A DNA stretch of 64,000 bases. Origin: the human T2T-CHM13v2.0 reference genome, Homo sapiens. The position numbers and the translations under genes were made by a program. Below the pieces are notes generated by a model. The model was not told where the DNA came from. It saw nothing but the letters and a program-made list of their open reading frames with translations, and ran no database searches. The stretch is taken from the NCBI RefSeq assembly GCF_009914755.1, contig NC_060926.1; one strand, given 5' to 3'. Below, in pieces: positions 1 to 18,408 of the stretch (the first letter of the stretch is position 1; every line of letters begins with the position of its first letter).

Positions 1-680
1 AAATACTATGGGTGTTCCTCAAAAAATTAAAAATATCATTACTATATGATCCAGCAATCTCACTTCGAGTATACATTTAAAGGGATTGAAATCAGTATGT
101 CAAAGAGATATCTGCACTCATGTCAGCACGATAGCCAAGATATGGAAGCAACCTAGTGTTCATCACCAAATGAACAGATGAATATGTGCTGTATATACAT
201 ACATGCAATGGAATACTATGCAGCTTTAAAATAAAAGGAAATTCTGTCATTTGTGACATGGATAAAACTGGAGAATTTTATTCTAAGTGAAATAAGCCAG
301 GCACAGAAAGACAAACACTGTATGATCTCACTTATCTGTGGAACCTAAAAAAGTCAATCTCATAGAAACAGTAGAAAGGTGGTTACCAGAGGCTGGGGAG
401 TAGGGGTAGGAATGGAGAAAGGGAAGATGTGTATAAAGTTAGACTGGAGGAGCAGGTTCTAGTGATCTCCTGCACTGCCTGGTTAATAGTAACGTATTGT
501 ATATTTCAAAACTGCTGAATAAAATAGATTTTCATCATCCTCATTATAAAAAAAGATAAGTTGGTGAGGTGATGGAAATATTAATTGGTTTGATTGAATC
601 TTTTTCAGTGTATACATAGATCAAAACATCACATTGTACCCCATAAATATATACTGTATTTATCAAGTAAAAATAAATAA
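1..680 (+). mobile_element. L1MA-type 3' end
   Basis: L1 ORF2 end/3'UTR motifs (ctaagtgaaataagccaggcacagaaagacaaa), A-rich end. Confidence 0.8.
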
Positions 681-1901
681 TCAGCTAAAAAATTAATTTA
701 TGGGCAAACAGAGGAATACACCCATATGGAATTGTATGCAGCAGCAAAAAATTAACACTAGCTAAGTGTATTAATATTAGAAACATACTACATTTAGAAA
801 TATAATATTTCTATAATCATACATAAGTAGTAAAGCTATGAAAAATAAGGGAATAATAAATACAAAGTTTTGGATAATCATTTTTTCTTGAGGGAGAGGG
901 AGGAGACAGAAGATGGCATCAAGCAGCAACATAAAGACTTGAACTCTATTTTTATTATAATAAAACAGAGAAAATGCAAAAACCTTGCATTATAAAAGTC
1001 CTTTAGACCTCATCTTCTCCCTATGCTATATGCTGTGGTTGTCATATGCATTACCTCTCCAAACATTATAAACCGCACAGATCATGTTATAATTTTTACT
1101 TTAAATAGTCACACAAATTTTAACGGAAGTAATAAGAAAACCTCTAGCACCTCCATTCTGCTGTTGAGCCCATTCAGCAAATTTTTAATTTCAGATATTT
1201 TACTTTTCAGTTCCAGAATATGTATTTGGGTCTTTTTATATTTTCTATTTTTCTGTTTATGTTTATAAGAATGAATTGGAAAGAAACTCTGAACAATGAA
1301 ATGTTATATTAGAATTGTGGAATGATGGGTGATTTCTGAATTTTAAAAAATTTACCTTTGTATTTTAAAATATTAGCATATTATTCATGATCTTATAAAA
1401 ATAAATATTGAAAAGTTTGCATATATGCTTCTAGTCTAAGTATCTAAGCTTCTACATTTTCTTCAACAAAAATTAACTAATAAGTAATGTCACATTTTTT
1501 GATGCCTAAATTGCCATACAGTCAAAGGAACTTTAGTCATTTCCAAAGATCTTCTCCCAAAATATTTTTGAGAATCTCTGGTTGCTTACACTTATTCATT
1601 ACTCCATATGTTTATCCTTCTTCATCTCTTTCTATGTATTAGAAATTTATCTGATTTAACAGTATGCCATTTTTTAAAATCTCTGTGTGTGTATAGATAT
1701 GTTTGCTGATCTATTTATAAGTTGCAATCATCATTACTCTTCACTCCCAATGTTTACCTTGGATACTGTAAAAATAAGAAAATTCATACATATATATCCA
1801 CAATATCAGTATTATACCCAAGAAAATTAACAATTCTAGAATTTTTTCTAATATTCAGTAAATATTTATTAAATTTTCCTAATTGTCCCAAGAATGTCTT
1901 T

Positions 1902-2252
1902 TATTTATGTTTATGTTTTATTTTTTGAGACAGGGTCTCACTCTGTTGCCCAGGCTGGGGTGCAGTGGTGCAATCATGGCTCACTGCAGCCTCGACCTCA
2001 CTGGGCTCAGGTGATTTTCCTGCCTCAGCCCCCCATGCAGCTGGTACTACAGGCAGGTGTCACCATGCCTGGCTAATTTTTTGTGGGTGTTTTTTTGTGG
2101 GTTTTGTTTTTGTTTTGCTGTTTTGTTTTGTTTTTAGAGAAAGGGTTTCACCATGTTCCCCAGGCTGGTCTCAAACTCCTGGGCTAAAGCAATCCACCTC
2201 CCTCAGCCTCCCAAAGTCCTGGAATTACAGGTGTGAACCACCAAGCCTGGCT
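1902..2252 (-). mobile_element. Alu (J-like)
   Basis: Alu consensus, CCCAAGA..TCTTTTA flanking repeat. Confidence 0.9.
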
Positions 2253-2511
2253 CCCAAGAGTCTTTTACAACTTTTTCGAATCTGTATTCAGTCAAATGTG
2301 TTGTATCTCTTTAAATCTAGAATAGTTCCTTCCATCTTTGGTGCGTTTTGGTTTTTTTTTTAATGACCAAAGCTATTTAAAGAATCTACACTGGTATGTC
2401 CCATTTCTGTACTTATCTTAAGGTATTGTTTAACATTTTCCCCTACTCACTAAATTCCCGTAAACTTGAAGTTAGTTCTACACTCAGCTTGATTAGATTT
2501 GGGTTACACTT

Positions 2512-2814
2512 CTTTCTTTTTCTTTTTTTTTTTTTTTTGAGACAGGGTCTTGCTCTGTCACCCAGGCTGGAGTGCAGTAGCACGATCATAGCTCACTGCA
2601 GTCTCGAACTCCTGGGCTCAATCGACCCTTCTGCCTCAACCTCCCAAGTCACTTGGACTACAGGCACATGCCACCACACCTGGCTAATTCTATGTGTGTA
2701 GAGACAGGGTCTTGCTATGTTGCCAGACTGGTCTCCAACTACTGGCCTCAACAACTCTCCCACCTTAGTCTCCTAAAGTGCTAGGATTACAGGCCTGAGC
2801 CACTGCACCCAGCC
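2512..2814 (-). mobile_element. Alu (J-like)
   Basis: Alu consensus with poly(T). Confidence 0.9.
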
Positions 2815-3792
2815 AGGTTAAACATTTTTGATGACGATAAGTCATAGATAATACTGTGTACTTCACATTGTATCACTACAGGAAGTACATGATGTTAAGT
2901 TATCCACAATTCATTATGCTAAATTCGAGCTCTTGGTTAAAGTGGCAACTACCACATCTGTCTATTGTAGAGTAACATTTCCCCTGCGCTGTTACTACGG
3001 CACCATGCAAATATCTTGCTTCCCAATAAACTTTTACCTAATGGTTTTTAGTGCCATTGCTAAATATTGACTGAATTAATCATTATTCATTACAAAGAGT
3101 TGCAAAAACAATAATTTGTAATTCTTTCATTACTTCTACATTCATAAACTGGTATTCTTTTGTTTTAAAATTTTCCTTTTTCTTCCTATGCCACATCTTT
3201 TCTTCTCTTTTTTGAAGATCACCAAGGAGTCACGAATTTTCCTTTATTCAGAATGTTGCAATAATCTATGTTCAAGTTATTCTGAAGTTGGGCAATAGGA
3301 GTCCCTGCAATCTGGCTGTTGACATAACCCCATTAGTCTTTGAAGACTTCCTTGCTGTATGTAACAAAAAACATTCCTGAAAATACTTTAGATTGTTTAT
3401 ACTTATTCACCAATCAGTAAGTTCTTGACTCTGAGTTCAACACAACCACAAAATGAGCTGCCGGAAAGTGAAAAGGACTCCTAGAAAGGAGAAAACAAGA
3501 GGGAAGCAACCATAAAATCTGTATATAAACTCTGCCCAAATCTTTGGCTAACCTCTAAAAGACACATGCACAAGGAAGTCTGTAAGCAGCCCAGCTAAGG
3601 ATGAAAGAACTAAACCAAAATTTGTATTGCCAACTAAGAGACAGAGTTTGCAGCTTCAGTCATGTCTTAAGACATTTCAGAAACATAATAAAACATGTTT
3701 AACTTTATTTAGCCATTCTACAATGTATACATATTTCAAAACATCATTCTGTACACGATAAATATATGCAACTTTTATTTGCAAATTTAAAT

Positions 3793-4026
3793 AGCCAGGC
3801 ACAGTGGCTCAGGCCTGTAATCCCAACACTTTGGGAGGCTGAGGCGGGCAGATTATTTGAACTCAGGAGTACGAGACCAGCCTGGGCAACACAGCAAAAC
3901 CCTGTCTCTACTAAAAACACAAAAAGCAGTCTGGTGCAGTGGCATGTACCTGTAGTCCCAGATAGTGGGGAGGCTGAGGCAGGAGAATCCCTTGAGCCAG
4001 GGAGGCAAATGTTGCAGTGGGCCAAG
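3793..4026 (+). mobile_element. 3'-truncated Alu
   Basis: Alu consensus stops abruptly at gcagtgggccaag, no tail. Confidence 0.88.
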
Positions 4027-4098
4027 AAAATTTATTTTCCAGAAAGTTAGTTAGTGATACAACCTAAAAGTGTAAGTGTGGGTTTTTTGGTTACTTAA

Positions 4099-4551
<453 letters not shown>

Positions 4552-4743
4552 TAGAAACATTATGCTATTATAAGCCAACTCTTTTAAAAAATATATAGCC
4601 AAAAGGAGATTTTATTTCTTAAACACATGAATTTGAAGGCAGATAATAAACAAAAAAAGCCCATCAAGTATAATAAATCACAACAAACTGGACAACCAAC
4701 TGGCAACGTGATACCAAGGTGAAAAAAATCATTTTATACATAC

Positions 4744-4866
4744 CTGAATTACCTCATAAAGATGTATCTGAACACTCCCTAACAAGAAAGCACGTTTTTC
4801 TCTATTGTCATATTGTATGAGTTCCAATAAAATATTATTCCGCTTATCATCATAACGTCTGGGAAC
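4744..4866 (-). CDS. C2CD6: C2CD6 exon 5, VPRRYDDKRNNILLELIQYDNREKRAFLLGSVQIHLYEVIQ
   Basis: 123 nt, phase 0/0, GAG acceptor, CAG|GTATGT donor; C2-domain-like pattern; gene continues beyond window start. Confidence 0.87.
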
Positions 4867-6681
4867 CTCAATATCAAAATATATAAGAAAAGAAGCATTA
4901 AATTTGAGCCTAAATATTTCTGAACACATACATCTAATATACTATTACTATATTATGCAAATATTATTATGCAAATACTATTGCATACTATATTATGCAA
5001 ATAAATATTATTTGCATACCTAGTGATACGTTTTTGTATGTCATTAGCTTTATAACTTTCAACCTCACAGTCACATATATACTAATATCAACAAAATGAA
5101 GATCTTGCTTATATCTAACGGCAATTATCATCTTTTGGAAACACCCATTACCTACATTCTCTTTTTAACACTACACAAAAGTTCACCCTCAATACTCTAT
5201 TGAAACTACACTATCAAAGATAATCAACTACCCAATACGAAATCCAAATAATCCAGATAATCCAAATACAGGTTATCCAAATATCCAACACTAAAAAATA
5301 TCTAATATCCTTTTCAGTCTCTGTTCTTTAACTTTTTGACAAAATATATACCATTGCCTGAACTTGAAACTCTCTCCCAACCCTGAGCTCTGGAGCACAG
5401 TACCATTATTATGTAATCTTTAATATCTGTACACTATTGCTAATTAGAAAAAAAGTCATGCCTCCCCACTCCTAAGAATCCAGGTGCCTTCCTGCAGTGT
5501 TTCTCCTGATGGTTGAAATCAGAGCCGATATCAGCCTTCTTAAAGTTATGCTAGTGACTGTCTTCCCCCAAGAAATGAGAAAAAGGAATGCAAGCCCTGT
5601 GTGCCAGCAGACTAGTTAAGAGGGCAGGCTCCATTTTTCAACAATTTGGCATCTTGATTATTGGAAACAGTAGAAAACTACAAATGCTCAATAAAATATT
5701 TAAAATACCATTTTAAAAGCAAAACAGGGTTAATAAAATGGTGAGAAGTAATCATATAAAACTCCAAGTATTGACAGACACTCAGAGAAGTAAACTAGAC
5801 CCTGAAGTTACATTTGCCCTCAGGGCACTTCCCAATCAGGTGACCTAAAACTGCAGTTCATATGGTCTTGAAAGGCAAAGAACAGAGAAGACAAGACATG
5901 ATACATTTAACAGAGGGTCCTTCCCCAACCATCCTCCCAGAAAGCTGAGAACCCAAAGGGCTACGGCTTCAGTGAATGGAGAACCCCTTCTCCCATCACA
6001 TCTACAGAAGGCTGCAAGGAAAGTTGTACTGCTGAGTAGAACGGAGTGTTGGGTCCCTAATAAGCTATAAACAAAAACCGGTTCAGTGAAATTGCAGCCT
6101 AAAGTCACAGTCACTGAATCTTATAAAAAATTTCGAGCCAGATACTTAAAATGGTTTACATGGTAAACATTATATTATGTATATTTTGTCATAACATAAA
6201 CAAATAAACAGGACGACTTATATTTTTTAAAATATCTCAAGTGGAATTTAGTTGAAAATGGTCCCAAACTGGTAGTGGGCTCGGTTGCCTTAGAAGAAAC
6301 ACAAATCTTGCGTAGAGCTCCTACTTTCATCCTAGACCTCAAAGAAGTTCCACAAATAATTTTCCAAGGAAAATGAGCAGTTAACAGTCAAAAATAACTC
6401 AGTCAGCATGGAAACAAAGCGCCACAAATGAGAAGAGCAAAAATAGACCCCCAAAACACCTTAAATATTGGAATTTTAAAGAGCTATGTTTACTATGTTT
6501 AAAGGAACAAAAACCAAACTGAAAATATACTCCTGGCACAGGAAACTTTAAAAATGATTTAACAAACCTAAACAAGGAACAACTTGTAGAAAAGAAAACT
6601 AAAACAATTGAATAAAAACACTATATCAACTCAACCACAAATCTGATGCAGCTTTGGAGAATTAACGAACTAGAATTAAGG

Positions 6682-6968
6682 AATCCCAGCACTTTGGGAG
6701 GCCAAGGTGGGTGAATTGCTTCAGCCCAGGAGTTTGATACTAGCCTCGGCAACATGGCAAAATCCCATCTCTACAAAAAAATACAAAAAGTAGCCAAGCA
6801 TGGTAGTGCACGTCTTTAGTCCCAGCTACTCAAGAGGCTGAGATAGGAGGATCACTTGAGCTCAGAAGGTTGAGTCTGCAGTGAGCCGTGATCGCGCCAC
6901 TGCACTCCAGTGTGGGTGACAGAGGGAGACCCTGTCTCAATAAAACTAATAGTAATAAAATAAAATAA
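6682..6968 (+). mobile_element. Alu (J-like)
   Basis: Alu consensus. Confidence 0.88.
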
Positions 6969-7151
6969 AGATCAGAAGAATTACTTGGAATGCTGGGCAG
7001 AGAGACAAAGTGATGAAAAATATTTTTCATAGGTTAAAAGACATGGAAGATAGTGTAAGAATACCTAACGTAAGTTAACCAGAGTCCAAGGAAAGGAAAT
7101 AAAGGATTAAGAAAATGGAGCAGAGAAGCACTATTTTAAGAAATAATAGCT

Positions 7152-7460
<309 letters not shown>

Positions 7461-7765
7461 TATTAGCTAATAATTTTTCATAACTAATGAACATCATCAA
7501 TCCAGGTTAAGCAGCCAATAAATCCCAACATAATATACAGAAACCCAAATACAAACACATCAGAGTGAAATTAGAAGAAAAAAATATATAACACACACAG
7601 AAAGAGGAAGATACATTATTTTCAAAGGTGACAGACTGACAAGTGACTTCTCTTCAACAAATATGGAAGCTAAGAGATAGTGAAATACTTCAGAAAATAA
7701 CTGCAAATTTACAATTCTATACTCAAAAAAAATTTCATTCAAAAATGAGAATGACATAAAGACCT

Positions 7766-8068
7766 GCAAACTAACAAAAGAACAGAAAACCAAACACCGC
7801 ATGTTCTCACTCATAAGTGGGAGTTGAACAATGAGAACACATGGACACAGGGGAGGGGAACATCACACACCAGGGCCTGTCGAGGGGTGGGGGGATAAGG
7901 GAGGGATAACCTTAGGAGAAATACCTAATGTAGATGACGGTATGATGGGTGCAGCAAACCACCATGGCACGTGTATACCTATGTAACAAACCTGCACGTT
8001 CTGCACATGTATCCCAGAACTTAAAGTATTAAAAAAAAAATTCCCTACAGAACAAGAAAAAAAAAAAA
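7766..8068 (+). mobile_element. Short L1PA7/8-like 3' end with double A-tract
   Basis: L1 3'UTR consensus, poly(A), short AAAGACC flanking repeat. Confidence 0.85.
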
Positions 8069-8494
8069 AAAGACCAGGCAAACAAAATCATTATGTCACC
8101 AACTAACTCTCATAGGAAAAATAATTTTAAATAAATAGTTCTGACAGAAGGTAACTGACCCCAGGAGGATGATCTGAGCTGTAAGAAAAGTTAAAGTGGC
8201 AAATATGTAGGTAAACTAAACAAATATAGACTATATTAAATAAATACAAATTACAACTCAAGGGAATTAAAAATACAAAAAAAAGAGACAATAATAACAT
8301 ATTAGTTGAGGGTGATAAATGGAATTAAAGTTTCTAAGATCCTTGCTCTTCCCAGGAGAAGGATGAAAGATGAGGATATTGTTAAACATTGGATTTGATA
8401 AGCATACATAATTTCTATGATAGCCATTTTTAAAAAGAGTAGTGTATAATCTCCAAAACAAGAAAGAAGAAAAATGGAATGAAATTGTAAAATA

Positions 8495-8968
8495 CAGTTG
8501 ACCCTTGAACAACATGGTTTGAGCTGCATGCGTCCACTTACACATGGTTTTTCAATAAAAGTTAGACCCAATGTGCCTGCCTCTCCTGCCTCTCCTTCTA
8601 CCTCCTCCACCTCTTCCTCCTCCGCCACCCTTGAGACAGCAAGACCAACCTCTCTTCTTTCTCACCCTGCTCAATGTGAAAACGACAAGAATGAAGACCT
8701 TTATGATGATCCTCTTCCACTTAATGAACAGTAAATACGCTTTCTCTTCCCTATGATTTTTTTAACGTTTTCTTTTCTCTAGTTGCGTTATTGTAAGAAT
8801 ACAGTATATAATACATAACATACAAAATATGTGTCGATCAACTGTTTATGTTATTGGTAAAAATTCTAGTCAACAGTAGACTATTAGTAGTCTACTGACT
8901 GGGGAAGTCAGTTTTGACTGCAGAGGGGGGTCAGTGCCTCAGTGCCTGTGTTGTCCAAGCATCAACCA
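8495..8968 (+). mobile_element. Tigger2a/MER28-like DNA transposon
   Basis: CAGTTGACCCTTGAACAAC TIR, degenerate 3' TIR, TA flanks at 8493-8494 and 8969-8970. Confidence 0.85.
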
Positions 8969-11116
8969 TACTCAATCCCAGAGATGAAGAAAAGAAGACA
9001 AAAGAGGAAAGAAGAAAAAAATAATCCATGGTTCAATTGGGATAAATAGAAAGCACAAAAGAAGGTAATAGATTTAAACTCAAATATATTATAATTATAT
9101 AAAATGTAACAGATGCTACAGTAACGTTACATACATTAACATTACATATATTAACTACTACACTAACAGATGTAGATAAAATAAAAAGACTGTCAGACTG
9201 GATATTTTAAATCTATATTCAGTTTACAAAAGATACAGATAAAACATAATGTAATTTATATTTTTCTAATATAATATTCTATTTCATCAATATTTTCAAA
9301 TTTTTAGCATAGAGTTATATATGGTATTCTCTTACAGTTTTTAACTGCCTTCATATTTATACCTATATTCCAAATTTTGCATAATTTTCTTAATGAGACC
9401 AGAATTGTGCCTACTGTGTTACTTTTATTACTAATTAGCTTTTGTATTGTTACATTTCTTTAACATCTATACTGTTGTAAATACCTCATTTATTTCTTTT
9501 GTTACTAATTTCTTCCTCTTGATTTCCTAAAGTTTTACTGTCATTTTCTAAGTTCTCAAATTTAATGCTAATTTAGTTTCCACACTCATCTTCCTCCCTC
9601 CTTCCCCCCTTCTCCCTGGCTCCCTCCCTCTCTTTCTCCTTTCTTCCTTCCTAATACAATTTTGTTTAACTTTTAGTGGTTGCTCTAGGGATTATAATAT
9701 GGATCTTTCACATATCACAATGTATCTTGAATTAAAATTAAACCACCATGTCCAATAGCATAATTCTATTTACACCTCCTCATTCTCTGTGCTATTCTGG
9801 CCATGTATTGCACTTCTACATATGCTACAATTCCTATCATTCATTGACATTATTGTGTTTTTAAATAATAAAACTCAATTGTCTTTTGGATAAATTTTTT
9901 TAATAATCTTGTATTTTTACCCACTCATTTACCATTTCTAGTGCTCTTCCTTCCTGTATATCTGGGCTTCTATCTGGGATCATTTGTCTTCAACCTGAAG
10001 CTTTCTTTGATATTTATTACAATGCAGGTCTTCTAGATACAAATTCTCTCAGCTTTTGTCTTTCACCATCTTTTTGAAGTATATTCTCACTGAATATAGA
10101 AATCTAGGCTGAATTTCCCCGCCTCCCAGCATTCTAAAGCTGGCATTCTCTTGTCCTCCGATTTACATTGTTTCTGATGGAGAGTCAGCTGATATTCTTA
10201 TTGTTGTGCATCTGAATGTAATGTGTTTTTCCCTCCTCTGGCTGCCTTTAAGATTTTCTCATTATCTTTTGTTTTCAGCAGTTTGAATGGGACGTACATA
10301 TGTGTGATCATTTCTGTACTTACTCACTTAAGGTTCACTGAGTTTCTTGAATCTATGGATGGATTTTTAATCAATTTGGGGAAGACTTAGGTCATTAGTT
10401 CTTTAAATATTTCCTCTTCTGGATTCAAATAAAGACAACCAGAAACGACAAGGGGGATATTGCCACTGACCCCACAAAAATACAAACAACCATTAGAGAA
10501 TATTATGAACACCACTATGCAAATAAACTAGAAAATCTCCAAGAAATGGATAAATTCATGGTCACATATACCCTCCCAAGACTGAACCAGGAAGAAACTG
10601 AATCCCTGAATAGACCAATAACAAGCTCTGAAATTGAAGCAATAATAAATAGCCTACCAACCAGAAAAAGCCCAAGACCAGATGAATTCATAGCTGAATT
10701 CTACCAGATGTACAAAGAAGAGCTAGTACCATTCCTACTGAAACTATTCCCCAAAATTGAGCAGAAGGGACGCCTCCCTAACTCATTCTATGAGGCCAGC
10801 ATCACCCTGATGAAAACTTGGCAGAGATTCAACAAAAAAGAAAACTTTAGGCCAATATCCTTGATGAACATTGATGCAAAAATCCTCAACAAAATACTGG
10901 CAAACTGAATTTAGCAGCAGATCAAAAAGCTTGCCCACCACTGTCAAGTAGGCTTTATCCTTGGGATGCAAGGTTGGTTTGACGTATACAAATCAATAAA
11001 TGTGATCAATCGCATAAACAGAACTAAAGACAAAACCCACATGATTATCTCAATAGATGCAGATAATGCAGCTATTGAATAAAATTCAATACCATTCATG
11101 TCAAACACTCTCAATA

Positions 11117-11196
11117 AACTAGGTATTGAAGGACCATACCTCAGAATAATAAGAAAGATATTATTATTCTGAGGTATGGTCCTTCAATACCTAGTT
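11117..11196. repeat. Perfect 36-bp inverted repeat, 8-nt spacer
   Basis: 11117-11152 is the exact reverse complement of 11161-11196. Confidence 0.95.
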
Positions 11197-12612
11197 GAAA
11201 CCCACAGCCAACATCACACTGAATGGGCAATGGTTCCCTACTCTTTTTTTTTTTTTTAACAAACCTCAACTTTATTCAGCTGATGTGCTTCAAAAACAAT
11301 GGATGTAAATCCAAACCAATTCCCTATTCCCCTTAAAAACTGGCACAAGACAAGGATGCCCTCTCTCACCACTCCTAGTCAACATAGCATTGGAAATCCT
11401 GGCCAGGGCAATCAGGCAAGTAAAAGAAATAAAAGGTATCCCAATAGGAACAGAGGAAGTCAAACTATCCGTTTGCAGATGACATAATCCTACATCTACA
11501 AAACCCCATAGTCTCACCCCAAAAGCTTCTAAAACTGATAAACAACTTCAGCAAAGTCCTAGGATACAAAATCAATGTGCAAAAATCACTAGCATTCCTA
11601 TACACCAACAACAAGCCAAGAACTGAATCAGGAATGAACTCCCATTCACAACTGCTATAAAAAGAATAAAATACCTAGGAGTACAGCTAACTAGAGAGGT
11701 GAAAGATCTCTACAAGGAGAACTACAAACCACTGCTCAAAGAAGTCAGGGATGACACAACAAATGGTAGAACATTCCATGCTCATGCATAGAAAGAATCA
11801 ATATCATTAAAATGGCCATTACTGCCCAAATAAATTTATAGATTCAATGCTATTCTTATTAAACCCCCATTGAGATTCTTCAAAGAACTAGAGAAAACTA
11901 CTTTAAAATTCATATAGAACCAAAAAAGAGCCCAAATAACCAAAGCAATCCTAAGCAAAAATAACAAAGCTAGAGGCATCACACTACCCAACTTCAAACT
12001 ATACTACAGGGCTACATAACCAAAACAGCATGGTACTGGTACAAAAACAGACACATAGACCAAAGGAACAGAACAGAGAACCCAGAAATAAGACCACACA
12101 CCTACAACTATCTGATCTTTGACAAACCTGACAAAAACAACCAATAGGGAAAGGATTCCCTATTCAATAAATGGTGCTGGGATAACTGGCGAGCCATATG
12201 CAGAAGATTGAAACTGGACCTCTACCTTATACCATATACAAAAATTCACTCAAGATTGATTAAATATTTAAATGTAAAACCCAAAACTATAATATAAAAA
12301 CCCAGGAAGACAACCTAAGCAATACCATTCAGGACATAGGCAGGGACAAAGATTTCATCATGAAGACACCAAAAGCAATCTCAACAAAAGCAAAAATTGA
12401 CAAATGGGATCTAATTAAACTAAAGAGCTTCTGCACAGCAAAATAATCAACAGAGTAAACAGACAACCTAAAGAATGGGGGAAAATTTTTGCAAACTATG
12501 CATCTAACAAAGGTCTAATATCCAGCATCTATATGGAACTTAAACAAATTTACAAGAAAAAAACAAACAACCCCATTAAAAAGCGGACAAAGGACATAAA
12601 CGGATACTTTTC

Positions 12613-18408
<5,796 letters not shown>

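Noticed and set aside
8302-8756. Acidic and Ser/Pro-rich ORFs
   Set aside because: Low-complexity interior of the Tigger2a element
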